DNA of 64,000 bases from Bispira polyomma. Taxonomy: Eukaryota. This document shows positions 25,506 through 39,000 of the stretch, piece after piece (position 1 is the stretch's first letter; each line of letters opens with the position of its first letter). The position numbers and the translations under genes were made by a program. Location of the stretch: contig OZ287755.1 in assembly GCA_965649765.1 (NCBI GenBank), forward strand, positions 3,720,001 to 3,784,000, read 5' to 3'. The notes under the pieces are model-generated. The model was given only the letters and a program-made list of their open reading frames with translations. It was not told the origin of the DNA and made no database searches.

Positions 25506-25870
25506 GTAATAGGAGTTCATGGCTATGAATTATTTAACAACTGGAGCCTTAAGCAAGGTTAGTCCTGTAAGAATATGAAGCCATGTCGTAGGGGTGCATA
25601 TGTCGTTTTTGAAGTACACTTCGGATAAGATATGAATTAAAGCAACTGTTTACCTTACACTGGTCAATTACACTGGTTTACCTTGCACTGGTCAATATTC
25701 TCCAAGAGGACCTGCAATAACAGCTGGCAATTGGAACTTTAACAAGATCTGCCAAGTCACAATTGTCGTGTATAACATTCATTAACAACTAAGAAACATT
25801 TTAGAAACAACACAAAATGCTGTGTTCTAGAATCAGTGCAGAGAGATCTAAAACTAAATGTTACTTACCA

Positions 25871-26045
25871 GGGGCCTATAAATCGAAGCCTTTGTTACAT
25901 TAACGATTTCCTTAGGTCTTAGTTTCGGTTTAGTTCACAAAGTCTTGTGTAAATAGAAGCCTCAGTTAGCTGACTGTGGGTTAACTTTGTTCGTAAAACT
26001 CCCCAAATAGAACGACAACTCAGACCCTGTCGTAAGGCTTTAGTT
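25871..26045. mobile_element. Partial Harbinger-type MITE (family of 58855-59050)
   Basis: cagggg cctataaatcgaagcc..ttaggtcttag matches reverse complement of 58990-59053. Confidence 0.5.
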
Positions 26046-27779
26046 AGACCATATATTTAACAATAAATCAATGAAAAGAACAGTAAAAACTTCAAAAGAA
26101 CAAGGAAATGGTAACTATGCAATAATTTTCGCTTCTATGTCCAACTTAGCCTGTAAAAATCGATATCAATATTGTTTTCTTTGCCACTTGATTGGCCAAT
26201 GGACTCATACATATTTATCATGATATCTGTGATAGGATTTGTTTAGTGATGTGGATTAGCACACTGTGTTTTACGTATAGGTTAAAGTGCTATATGTATG
26301 ATACTTTTAACTTATTGATGTACTAAATGAATCAATAACTCTGTTTCAGACATCTAAAGTCTTGGTGTTTGGTAAAAGGAGCATAATTCCACATTTATAC
26401 TATAACTATAACCAATGATATTATATAACCACATTAGTTAGACCTTCATTTGGGATTAACTTATGAAAACCTAACCAATAGTTTCCATTTACCCACAGAG
26501 TTGTTTAGTTTCTGTCTGGTAGTTTTGTCGTTACACATTTGTTAGTTGACATTTTAACAAAGGTTTTGATTAACAGCACCCAGTTATCTTTAACCATATT
26601 TGCTAGATGGGCTGCTCTCCTATATGTTACAGAATCTATCTAATCTAATCAAACTTTGATAGCACTTATGTCTGTGCAAGTATATTCTAAAGCGCATGAG
26701 ACAGAAACTAATTTTGACATTTTCAAATAGCCATTGGATGTATATGGGTTCTGACCATGAAGACGCCAAAAAAAGGTAAGGCGGCCAAGGTGGAAAAGCC
26801 TTGCCAAATAGTCAGGTTAAAGCTCCCCTATATGTGTTCCAGAACGTACTCACATACTTGTCTATCTGCAGAATGTGGCCTTTTAACAAACTCGACCATT
26901 TTTTATGTTATCAAACTTGGCCCCACGTTTAGAAAAACAATCCCAATTTAATTTTAATTGGTTTTAGATAAACAGTATCCATTTTTTTCAGTAATTACCT
27001 CTTCAGTTAAAAACAAATACTAACAAATAGCCAACACTAAGAATCTGGGAGGATGAGTGTAGGCAAATGCCCCTCCATCAGATATATAGAATTCAAACTA
27101 GTCTTAATATTCCCTGAGAATGACTGCGCCTTTCCCACCTAAAACGAGGCTTACTGTGCATGTATTAAAACAAGCAAAATGAATCCTAGCTCAAGCAGTG
27201 TTTGATATTTTACTGAGAGCTTAATAAATAAAACTGTTCCAAATGGAACCCATTCAAATAACATCTGTGGCTTCCAGTGTAAAAACTGCAGTACTTGCAT
27301 TACCAAGTACAAAAAAATGTACATAAAATATATTATACATTTAGAATTACCATGAAGTGAACATTTTTTTATTTATTATAATAATTATTTGTAAAAAAAA
27401 ATACACATGCACATTGCTTCATAAGCTATCACTTGAGTTAGTATTTAGTTGTTATGTTTCAAGAATGAATACATTGACATTTGTATAGTGACAAAAGGAC
27501 AAACTGATGTTTTGTTGTTATTATATATGTACTTAACATAAGATATAACCATGCTAAATAAACCTGGGATTTACACATGTGGTCTTCTGGTAGACAAGCT
27601 GATTTTTTGATAGGGGTGTCACTTCTCCTGACCATTAGTTGTTTCATTCAAGAAAAAAATGGTTGTGGAGTGGCTTGTAGATCTCACAGATCTATGAAAA
27701 AGAATTTGACTTCAAGTAAACTAGATTGATCTAGTATAGCATGTAGTAACTGATTAGTTCCTTGTAATAAATCCCTAAA

Positions 27780-28025
27780 AAATTAAAATAAAGAACACAT
27801 TTGAACTCTGTAAATTTTGACTTGCTGGCTGAATAAAAGTGAAGAATATGAGTAAAACAGTTGTTTGGACTAAACGGCACAGTCCTAAATTGGATTGAAT
27901 CTGTCCTCCAGATCCAAAACATCAAATTGGATGATCAGTTTTCATCCTCTTCAGCCTACATTTTATAGTGCCCAAGGGGCATTCCCTGGGGCTATACTTT
28001 TCACACTCTATACACATCCCCTCAG
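27780..28025 (+). mobile_element. Very old L2/CR1-type RT fragment
   Basis: Remnants of G..GTVL.WI.S and VP.G..LG..LFTLYTHPL. Confidence 0.4.
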
Positions 28026-28626
28026 AACAGTAAAATAATCGCATTTGGAAACAGTGATGTTGAAAGTGCGCTAACTTTAATGGACAATTATTATTTTTAC
28101 GAGAAGCTTAATTGTCACTCTCTGGACAATATGAATTTGATTATGTAATGAGGAAGAGATGAGAAAGGTCTTACCGTTGATTTAGAGAAATAGATTGCTG
28201 TCTAATGTCATCCAAGACATGCCATGGTTCGACTCTGGTATAGAGGTTGGTTATGGTAATTAAAAATGCCCAGTTGATTTAAATACCTGATTCAAACTAT
28301 GGGATCATACCAGTGCCCACTGTACGGCTATACTTTTTGCCTCACTGGTGATATACTTCCGAGTGGGAGCAACTACTTACACGAGGTACCATAACCCATC
28401 CTGACCTCTAAGCAAAAAATGCACCCTGGTCTCCTACACCTTCTTGGAGGTCCACCTCATTGTTAGGACTGAGAGCAAAGTACTTGGCCAAGTAAATTTA
28501 TTTTATTATGGTCAACAGTATAAAATTTATTTCTTAGGGGATGTCTTGCACACCAATAGTATGTGCTTGCATGTGAATGTAATACCCATTTGTAGTCGGG
28601 ACTGAATGTAATATTGAATATACAGT

Positions 28627-28830
28627 AGGGGTGCGGTGGCTTTGTAGTTGGAAGTGCCTGCTTAAACAATCACTGGCCTCTAAAGACTTTTGGTTTAAAT
28701 ACTGTTCGTTCTTTTATAATAGAAAGTTGACAGATACTTAAGGTCAGTGGTTTACACAGTGTTTTCAGCAGTGGTTTCTTCTGCAATTAATTCTGGCCAT
28801 TGTGATCATGACCAAAGCTGACGGAAAAAA
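28627..28830 (+). mobile_element. Degenerate tRNA-derived SINE (second family)
   Basis: Similar to 39001-39210 and 41750-41915. Confidence 0.55.
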
Positions 28831-31160
28831 GTCAACAAGGACAGGTTATTTATTCAAATGAGACAAGTGATTAACATTGGTACATGATTTTACACTAACA
28901 ATTACAATTAAAGCATGGAAATCATAACAATTAAAACTCTGTTGGGTACACCCTTCTAGGATATTGATTGAGGTATGTACTCTAATGTGTGTTATTGGTC
29001 TTCATTGATCTTTGAAACAGTAGACATGGACGTATGATGGCCAGAAACCTTTCATTGGGTTTCTTAATATGCTTCTACACCAGTCACATCCATTATCAAA
29101 CCAATCCGTTCAATTCTGAAACTAGTGGTCCAATTTTGGAGAAAGGTTTTCCACTGATCTTAAGATTTTGTCGTACAATAATTGTCCACCAAAAATGTAT
29201 ATGACTGATACTAAGATCTTGTTATTAAGTTTCATATCCTTTATGATAATCTAACCGGTTTGAGGTGTGTAGCCTGTAGAAGATCAGAACATGTGTGACT
29301 GGGGCCATAATCAAATAAATCCCAGAAAATGCATACTATGTTTATGAAGGAAGAATATTTGATTTAAATAGCCAAGAAAAAAAAACGGCCTTCAAAGATG
29401 TGGAATAAATGGAATGTAGTATTTAGCAATTGTTAATGAATGTATTACTAATATATATTCCAATTCAAGACACTCACTTTGCTTAAGCATTATGGAATTA
29501 CAACAAAAAAGTTAAAACTACCTATGACGAACAAAAGCTAGTTGTTAAACTAGATTTTAAAAAAGAATTATTGAATATAAATTGGTATTTGTTAATAATT
29601 TTGTTACACTAAACTATAGGAGAGCTGTCGTGCCATTTCTTTTAAATTTTCATCTTTTCTTCTTGGTATAAATGTTTTTCTTTTTTGTTGTGTACATAGG
29701 AATAAACAATGGTTTATTTTCCCTTACTAGTAAAAAATAATATAAATTTGTGTTACTATTACAATGTCAATTTTCCGTGTTTTGTAAACTGCAAAGTGCA
29801 GTAATTTGTAAAGTCCATATGAAAGGGTTGCAATCTCTCCCCTCTGCACAGGGTGTGTGAAAAAAAAATTTAATTGGGGAACTAAAACTAAAAAATATAT
29901 TAGATGTATTAACATAAGTTAGTAACTGATTATATAACAACAAAGATATAGTTTTGCAGAAATCAAGTCATTAAAACAATGTGCCACTTTATGTGTCATT
30001 GTTTTTGTTTGTCTCATAATTAGTTGTTTTGGACTTGGTCTATTCATAACTATTGTAATTATTTAAATAATTCTTAAACCTGTTTTGCTAGTAACAATTG
30101 GGTTCGATATCGAGTTCGATATATAACAAAAATCGACACTTCCTTTTCACTTTAATGATTGTGGCATTGTATAGTTTAAGTTTCGTAAAAAAAAGTTAGG
30201 TTAACATTGAGTAGCTGGACTTCAAATATGCCCTTTACATAGGATGTTATAGTTGGCATACAAATGACCTCTGTATTGACATAATATTGTGCAGCCACGA
30301 ATTTGATATCTTACAACTTGTCATTGTATATATTTATAAGAATATCAAAACATTATACACAAATTAACGGATCTCAATGCCAGAGAATTAATCCATTGTA
30401 TCAAAGAACATATTTGTAGTTTCTTATATAAAGCCAATCTATCGTAATTTTGTGAAATTTCCTATTATTTTCAACAGATGAAATAGGCTTCCCACTAATT
30501 TTCTACATCCTGCAATTTTGGTCTTCTTATTCTACTAGATACAGTCTGGGTACAATGTGCATTTTAAGGACTTCTATTTACTTGCACATATGTTATCTAT
30601 AAATGGTTGGCAATTCTTCATCTGTTCAATTAGAGAGTGCAAATATAGAAATGTGTAAGGTAGCCCCGCAGGGCTAGCCAAGTCAGTGCCTAAAAGTGAC
30701 TTGTTAAAACTATTCTTGTCTTCAATTGACCCCTACTGCCATTGGTGGTAATTTACCCAATTAGCTTTAATTCTCCCGCCAAAATTACTGTGGGGTCACT
30801 TCAAATGTAAAAGTCAAAGAGGCAAGACGCCATTTTAATGTGTGAAAAATATAATTTAAACATACCTTAGAAAGGACTACAAAAGTTGTGTTCTTCAAGG
30901 AGATATTCTAAGAAAACCCTGGAGTCCATCAGCAAGATACTGATCATCAAATGCTTTGATACACGCGCATATAGCTCTGCCTTTGTTGTGTGGGAGCATA
31001 AATCTGAGGGCCGTATCTTAGTCTTTTAGTCAAATTTTATACATTATTCTAGTCATTTTACAAACCGTATTTTATATTTTACAAAGTGTAAATCGTATAC
31101 ATCTCTCAAATTTTGCATATGTGTGTATCAAGGCATATCGTTCTTTGTATTGGTTTCAGT

Positions 31161-32186
31161 ATGGCACCAAGAAAACTATTTGATTGTACTGCCTGCGGGG
31201 GTACACACCAGAAACCTATAGACGATAGGTGTAAACAAGTGAAATTAAGACAAAATGAACACTCTAATGACATTTCAGACACTGCTAGTGAACTCTCTAG
31301 TGCGGAGGTTAACTTGAGAATTTTACAAGAGTTAAAAGACTTGGGCACAAGATTGTCAAAAGTTAAGAAGCAAACTACTGAAGGACAGTCTGTGAATAGT
31401 TTGCAAGGTAGTGCCTGTGTAGTAACAGAAAAACAATCAGTTATAAATCCACCATTCATGGCCAGTGCTTACAACTCCGCCCCAGCAGCCAGCGCACAGC
31501 AGTCAGCGGGCAACGCCAGGCAGAAGACAGTCTGGTCCCATCACTCCAGATGCTTCGACAATCTGAGCAGCTCCAGACAGCCGTGGATGCACGGCTTAAA
31601 GATCTACAAACTATGAATGAAACAGGTACTTTTAAATCTCAACGGGGGGGCTCGGAAATGGTATGGGTTAAAAAACAAATTTCCTGGCCACAAGGTTCAA
31701 TTTTGGGGGGTCAACCAAAAAATAGAGTTACGTACGACAGTCTGTCAATGGCCCAGTGGGTCTCGGGGTTCAGTTGCATAATTAGGGAAGAGGAAAATGT
31801 AGAAAGGAAAAATCTCATGTTAGAATACCTCTCTGAAATAATGGAGGATAGTCACAATTTCAACTGGAATTCAGCCAAAGGTAGCCATGCTGTCCTCCTC
31901 TGTCTCGTGGGAAGACACGCATAAGATTGATCGGATTAGAAGAGTGCATGCTCACAGGGGTTTTGGGCATTTTCAAAATTCAAGCAACTCACAGAATAAC
32001 TATAAGCAAAATCACTCAAACAAGGGGTTGCCCTGTAGATACTATCAGAAAGGCACCTGTCCTCAGAAGGAGGACCACGAAACTGGGGGGAAGTTGTATA
32101 CACATGTCTGTGCTACCTGTCTCCCCTTTGGTAAATCACTCCTCCACCCATCCAAAAATTGTAGAAGGAAATCAAAAAACGAATAA
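31161..32186 (+). pseudogene. gag-like ORF1 with N-terminal CxxCxxxH and C-terminal CCCH/CxxC knuckles, frameshifted
   Basis: CTACGGTHQKP; CRYYQKGTCPQKEDH..HVCATC..H..C. Confidence 0.8.
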
Positions 32187-32203
32187 GGCACTGCAAGACG
32201 GCA

Positions 32204-34670
32204 GTGCACGAAAAAACTAAAAATGTCCAAAGTAATAAAAAACCAGAGGGCAGAAAGGGTAGCACAAAACCTAGGATTGTATATAATGTGAATTTAGGCC
32301 ATTATGAGAGTCACAACTGGAGGTTAGATTGGGCAAAGCTACAGAACAAAACCTACGCTGATATAGTAAAACAAAAAACCAAAAGGGAAAAACCCTTTCA
32401 GGCTAGTGTCGATAAAAATAAAAGTGGCAGGTTAGGCAAAACAAACAAAATCTTTAGTCGTGACTCCATTGTTTGCAATAGTGTGAATAGTAAACATGCA
32501 TGTACTCTAGTTGGTAAACCCGTATTAGAAAGCCTTAGAAGCCAAGTGGCCAAAGATAAGCAAAGTGTAGTAAATCCAGTGGCAATGAATGACAAAGCGC
32601 ACACCAGAATTGGAGGTGTAAAATTGGGTTCACACATTGCACGCAAGAGGTGTGAAAAAGACAAAGAGGTGAGGAAACAATTCCAAAACCCCATCCCCTC
32701 CTCTCACAAAATACACACACCTGTAGGTGACAAAGTCACCCCAGTATTTAACGGGTTCACACCCCTGTCAATAGCGGACACTGACAATGACTGTAGTCCA
32801 ACTGGACAAACAAGGCACAATGACTTGGCCCCAGTGGCAAACAAACACTTTAGTCCAATTAGTCAAACAATGGACAATGACCTGGCCCCAGTGACAAACA
32901 AACACTCTGGTGGGGCTTGCCAATCAAGTGACACTCGGGTCAATAAAGTTACAAATAAAAGGGAAGGTAGTCATGATACTGAGGAAAAGTATAACCTCGA
33001 GTTACAAGTAAAAACACGCCACAGATACGTGGTGAACTTGGCTAGGAGTAACAAAGTGTTTCAACAATGGAACACACAAATGAAAGGCAAATTTGGATTC
33101 ATTCCACTAAGCGCATTAAAAGTCCCCCAATGTAATAAAGTTGAGGAACATAATCTCTCAGCACTTGAACTACACACTGAGGTTAAAACTAGTGAGCAAT
33201 ATAACTTCATGTCAAGACAATTGGTGGTTCCATCAGAACTAAAACACAAGCGTTGGGAAATGTTGCTCCAAGGTTATTGGGACACCCAATTACCCTTTTT
33301 AATACGTTACGGCTTCCCGTTGGATTTTGACAGGTCAAGTGAATTAGAACAAAATGGAAAAAATCATCACTCAGCCTGTGAGTTTCCTGAGGACGTTAGG
33401 GCATATTTGCAGGAGGAGAAGGAGTTTGGTGCTATATTAGGCCCTTTTGAAAACCCACCCATTGAAAAGCTTCATATATCTCCCTTTATGACTAGGGAGA
33501 AACCGGGAGCCTCCCATCGTAGGGTTATGATTGACCTTAGCTTTCCCAAGGGTAAGTCTGTAAATTCAGCAATAAACAAAAATGAATATTTGGGGACAAA
33601 TTTTCTCCTAACACTACCCACAATTAATGACGTCACAAATCAATTTGTGAAATTTGGCATTGGAAAGTTGTGCATTTAGGCACGTAAAGCCTGATCCTGG
33701 CGAATATGATCTGTTAGGACTAAAATTAGACCAGTACTACGTTGACACGTGCCTGCCGTTTGGCTATCGCCACGGCAGTGCTATTTTTTAGAGATTGAGT
33801 GACGCCATACATTATATTATGAGTACCCACGGCTATGACGTCATCAACTATATCAATGACGTCATTGGATACGGCGACGTCGGAAAAATCCATGACGCTT
33901 ATGACACATCATATCAACTATTGCAGGACCTAGGTTTTGCCATTAGCGCCAAAAAATTGTAACAGTTGGGTAAATAAAAGCAGTTGCACCAGGCGTGAAT
34001 TACAATCACTTTTGGGTTCCTTGTTATATATATCCAAGTGTGTTAGGATAGCTAGGGTATTTCTGAATAGAATGCTGGATGTTCTCCGCAATGCTCAAGA
34101 TAACAAAAATATTAAATTAGAACTCCCCTTTGCCCAAGATTTGAACTGGTTTATCAAATTTGTGGAAAAATTCAACGGAAGGGCCTTTTTTGACCATAGC
34201 CCCGTCACAGATGAGATAGAACTTGATGCCAGTTTAACAGGTTTGGGGGGGGGGGGGGGGGGCATTGCAACAATGTAGTCTATAAAACAAAACTCCCGCA
34301 GGGTTACAGAGGCTTTACTATAGTCCATTTAGAAATGTTGAACATACTTGTAGCATTGAGACTTTGGCAGCAGCTCTGGCCGGGAAAGAAACTAGTAATC
34401 CACAACCAGGCAGTTGTCACCATTTTGAATTCAGGGAACACCAAAGACCTGTCTCTCGCTGCTATAGCCAGAAATATCTTTATGGAGGTGGCAAAAGCTA
34501 ATATTAACATTAGACCAGTTCACATACTGCGCAAATTGAATCATGTAGGAGATTTGCTATCTAGGTGGGATACTACTTTCGAGCCAGACAGTAAGCTGAC
34601 AGAATTAATTGCAGTACCAGAATGGTACATTGTACCTGAAGAGTTACTAGAAATTGACTGGAGCATATAA
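32204..34670 (+). pseudogene. DIRS-type RT / RNase H with stops, frameshifts and deletions
   Basis: GFPLDF, ISPFMTREK..RRVMIDLSFP..SVN, LPFGYRHGS, YIND (from YIDD), LQSLLGSL, LDASLTGLG, N..GDLLSR. Confidence 0.9.
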
Positions 34671-35670
34671 CTATATTTCAGATCTCCCCTCCCTTGTGCT
34701 ATCCTTAGCTGGCCAAGCCGCACATACAGCCCATCAGGCCTTTAGGCCAGCCACACAAAAAGCATATCAAAAAATGTTCAGGTTGTTCATGGCTTTTTGT
34801 GCATTCACAAATGTTAGTATATTTCAAACTTGTCCCTTACTGCTCCTATCCTTTTTACAGGTACTGGTGGCCAATAAGGTCTCACAACCCTCAATAGCAA
34901 ATTATCTGGCAGCAATCAAAGCAAAAATGAGTTTATATGGGCTTGACATATCAGCATTTACAGACTCAAGAGTCAAATACTTTCAAAAAGCCCTCATACT
35001 TCAAAAACCATTCAGAGCAAAGATTAATAGAGTAATTGACATAGCATTGCTTACACAAATAGCCCAGGTATGCGACTCAATGTTTATGGAACAAATATTT
35101 AAAGCAGCTTATCTGCTAACTTTCTTTTCTTTTCTGCGAATCTCAAACCTAGTCCCCCACTCCACACAAAACTTCTCACCTCTAGAGCAGCTGGCTAGGG
35201 CTGACGTGTTTTTCGCCACTCCTGGCCTCAATATAATGATTAAATGGTCTAAAACCCTACAGAGTAGGGACTCTATTAGAATAATCAAGGTACCAGCCAT
35301 TCACAACTCTCCAATATGTCCAGTTAAAGCCATAAGAAACCTCCTAGCCTTAACTTCAGGCTCCAAAAATCACCCCCTATTCCAATATAAAAATTCCACA
35401 TGTTGGGTTCCCCTAACTGACTCAAAAATAAGAGCAAACTTAAAGCAGATTTTAGCCAGATTAAACCTAAGCAATTCACCCATTTCATTCCTTGACTTTC
35501 GGCGCTCGGGAGCAACCCTGGCATTCAATAACCATGTACCCTTGCAAGACATCCAGAGTCACGGGACATGGACTTCTGATTGTGTTTGGAAGTATATTAC
35601 TAGGGACCATCAGGCTTCAGACCAAGTCACCCTAGCTTTCCAAGCCCTCCTTTCAAATCCTACTCCCTAA
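34654..35670 (+). CDS. Tyrosine recombinase of the DIRS-order element
   Basis: FLRISNL, KWSKT, CPV, FRRSGAT, HGTWTSDCVWKY; HxxR histidine appears replaced (LDFR). Confidence 0.93.
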   Translation: MTGAYNYISDLPSLVLSLAGQAAHTAHQAFRPATQKAYQKMFRLFMAFCAFTNVSIFQTCPLLLLSFLQVLVANKVSQPSIANYLAAIKAKMSLYGLDISAFTDSRVKYFQKALILQKPFRAKINRVIDIALLTQIAQVCDSMFMEQIFKAAYLLTFFSFLRISNLVPHSTQNFSPLEQLARADVFFATPGLNIMIKWSKTLQSRDSIRIIKVPAIHNSPICPVKAIRNLLALTSGSKNHPLFQYKNSTCWVPLTDSKIRANLKQILARLNLSNSPISFLDFRRSGATLAFNNHVPLQDIQSHGTWTSDCVWKYITRDHQASDQVTLAFQALLSNPTP

Positions 35671-35731
35671 TTGGGCCTTGGTGTATATTTTATTCTACTT
35701 TACATAATTGCATATAGAAATAATGTATCTC

Positions 35732-36045
35732 AGGCTAAGGCCACCTTTACTTAACAAAATTTACTCCTATAAAAAACTTTAACACGGAAAGGTTACCTCA
35801 TATATACATAAGGCATCTAAACTAAGATTACCTTAAACTAAATCTCATATACTCTGCTAAGGCAACCTTAACAAAGTAAACAAATTTAAGGTTGCTCACA
35901 TTTAACAAGGCATCTTTCAAGATAAGATGACCTTAAACCAATTGAGTTTTGTACACTCAATTTAAGGTAACCTTACCGCAAACTCAAATTCAAATCATTC
36001 TATACTTAAACTAAATTAACTCGTGTGCAAAGGTGGCCTTAGCCT
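35732..36045. other. Nested inverted-repeat (multibranch) structure 3' of the recombinase
   Basis: Perfect 17-bp outer IR 35732-35748 / 36029-36045 enclosing five further stems. Confidence 0.8.
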
Positions 36046-36171
36046 TCTAATTCTGTAAATACCGTAGAGCTAACAATAGAATAAACAAACTGTCCCAAGT
36101 AGAATTCTTGTGACTGTGTTCACCATTAACCTTCCAAGGTCACCCAAGGGTACTGGCAATATCACACTTAC

Positions 36172-36332
36172 AATACATTGTTCTACAGAAGTAGAGGCCA
36201 AGCCATTAGTTGTGGTTCCTGTGGGGCAGATGTAGCAGAATGCCTTGGAACTCATTGGCTGATAAAAGCCCAATTCACATGGCTCACAAGATGAACAGAG
36301 GTAACTGTAGTAGTTTCCTGCTGTGCATTTAT
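36172..36332 (-). CDS. Exon encoding a GCC2/GCC3 (ephrin-receptor-like Cys-rich) repeat
   Basis: KCTAGNYY..CEPCELGFYQP..CYICPTGTTT..ASTSVEQCI, ag/gtaagt boundaries. Confidence 0.85.
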
Positions 36333-36360
36333 CTATCCAAAGAGATGTATATAATATATA

Positions 36361-36982
36361 TAGGGGGGACAGCAATTCGTGGTGGACAGCATTTCGCCAT
36401 AAATATGGTTAAAACACCTAATCACTGTATAAAATTCATTTTAAAGGAATTATTTTTGCATTATAATATGCATATAACATACACATGCCTACACCACAAA
36501 TATATAGATTATTGTCTGCCGAAATAAATTTTAAATGAATTTAAAGTACCAACACACCTAAATAAACAGTGGTACTGCCCAAAATTTGAGTTTGACGATT
36601 AGACAGTACTAATGATTGGCTATTGGGCTGTATTGCGGTTTCTTTTCTGTTTCTCACATTATGTATCGTGTACATAAACTATTTTATAACATAATTATTA
36701 TTGTTAATAAAACTTATAGGTAATATTTTAATCTAAATATTTACTATTGTTTAAAAATGGCGAAATGCTGTCCACTTTTTAATCAATATTAACCCAGTGA
36801 CTTTGGTTTCTAACTTGTGGTTAAAATTCATCAGAATTACCTTAGTGTATCTGAATACGAATCAGATTTATATGCAATGGAATGACCTCCACAAATTACC
36901 AGTGAATTGCCTTAACATTATTTCCTTTTGCTCATATTTGTAAAATTTCTGTAAATTTTGAGCGAATCGCTGTCCCCCCCTG
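36361..36982. mobile_element. Tc1/mariner-type MITE
   Basis: TA-flanked TIRs taggggggacagcaattcg / cgaatcgctgtcccccccctg; internal IR gtggacagcatttcgccat / atggcgaaatgctgtccac. Confidence 0.75.
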
Positions 36983-37759
36983 TATATTTATTGTACATTA
37001 TAGCTTCGCATTTTGCGATCTTATCCCAACAATGAACTAGCAGCATTAGCATGAGTCTAACCAGAGACCTTTCGATCATCAGACCAATTCCCCAAACCGG
37101 GAGTTTAACCAAAGACTTTCTTTGCACCAGACCAACTCCATCACCACTTGCATATATGATGAACATTCATAAATCACCAGTAGTTAAACAGTGACATGTC
37201 ACAGTGAAAAAAAGATTTATATATTGTGTGTTGTATACAATGTGAAATTTAAAGTGTATATTTATCATAGTGATCAACTGATCATAGCTTCAAATACATC
37301 CTGTGTATATTCCCATATCAATGGCCAAAATGGAATCTTCGTAAATTGTTTTGTGGTTCATCAGCTTGTAAAAATATATATACTACTGGAAACATAATCT
37401 CAGTAATCAGATTGAATCTGATGCCTTCTCTGTTGCAGCCAATATCAGCCAATATTAGATCCCACAGTACCCTCTCTGGTTTCAGAAGCAACATTAAAAC
37501 TTACATCTTCAATCTTGCTTACTTACCCTCCATAGTAATAAATATCATCCACGTCACCTTCATGGTCACAAACTTGCTTTGGAAAAGGACTTTCATTTCG
37601 CTACACTGTCAATGATGTTGCGCTTTAGAAGAGGCCTGACATTAATTAGACACCTTATAAATCTGTCATATCATACTGCCCGAAATTTAGATTAGTTTTG
37701 TGTATTAACACTAGTTTAATTTCAAACATAAATAACAATTGCTGTGTATAATGGACTTA

Positions 37760-37918
37760 GGCATTCTGCAAATATTTGTATTGCAATAGAACCATAGGTT
37801 TTAGTGGTTTGGCTACCAGGGCATTGCTTGAAATTAGTCCGTCCAGTGTGGTCCTGCTATTATCCGACAGGTGCCCACTCGCACAGCTTGGTCTGGACAG
37901 TTCCAATGAGGAAGCTTA
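37760..37918 (-). pseudogene. Degenerate GCC2/GCC3-like exon with stops
   Basis: LCEWAPVG**QDHTGRTNFKQCPGSQTTKTYGS. Confidence 0.55.
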
Positions 37919-39000
37919 CTAAAACAATGGCCATAGATCTGTGTATTCACACTTATGGTAACCTAACAAACCATTATGGTATAAATGCAGCTTCATTAAT
38001 AAATATTATACATTTGTTCGTTTTAATGAAAGTGGACATGTTTCTCTGCAGTTGAAAATGATTCGGAAAGTTTACCTTTTTCCAGCTTACATGTTAATTG
38101 AAAATTATTCTGTGATATTCTATGATCATTTTTAATTAGGATATCTTTCATTATACACGTGCCTTAATTATACCACTGAGATTTACAATAGACAAAACTA
38201 TATGATGAACAAAACTACACGAGTGGTGTATATTAAATAATATATGACTCAAAAAATGTTTTATTGAATATGTCCCGTCAGCTGGGGATTATGGTGGCCA
38301 GATGACCATAAGACCCTATGACTGAAAGTAGAGAGGAGAATGAATCTGATGCAAGTGCAATAGGTACTGGAAAACAAGGTGGAAGAAAGGGCTGAACAGA
38401 GACTAACTATTATATGTAAGTGTAGTGTGGTAACACATTGTTTGATAGCATTTTCCTGTTTGAGGAACAACATGAAGCCCTTCGTTTTGCCCCTTTCAAC
38501 AAAGGGTACAGGGTGACATGTTAGTGTTGATATCAATGTGAATTAAATTGGGAAGCATGTTAATTTGTTAATGGATTAACAAAATAGTATTGCACTTTAC
38601 AATCGAAAGCAATTTTTTATTCAGATTAATCAAATACATTTATCTACCTTTATTTGATATCCAAAGCACCAGTTAAACTTTATTGGCTGCAAAAGTACAG
38701 CCAAACAGTCAAATTAACCATTAAGTTCCGCAATGTATTTTATTCTGACCACTGGGGATAGAACCCAATAACAGAGGACTGTCATTTGAAGTGGTCATTC
38801 TGGGAACCCAAGGCTAGGGTCGTACCCAGGTTCTTTGAATTATAAGTGTATCACCCACGTGGGCCATAGTCACAGGTTACAAATGACTGATGAAATACTG
38901 TGATGTTTGTGGATAAAATATGTTTCAACAGAGACAGAGAAAAGGTTACTTTACCGTTTGCAAATATGTAAACGAGGTGATCCTTACAGAAACCAATCAT

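Larger units (their letters stand above)
30650..36100 (+). mobile_element. Tyrosine-recombinase retrotransposon (DIRS order, Ngaro-like), decayed; ends approximate
   Basis: gag-like, RT, RNase H, YR in order; no Dam-methylase domain seen. Confidence 0.93.
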
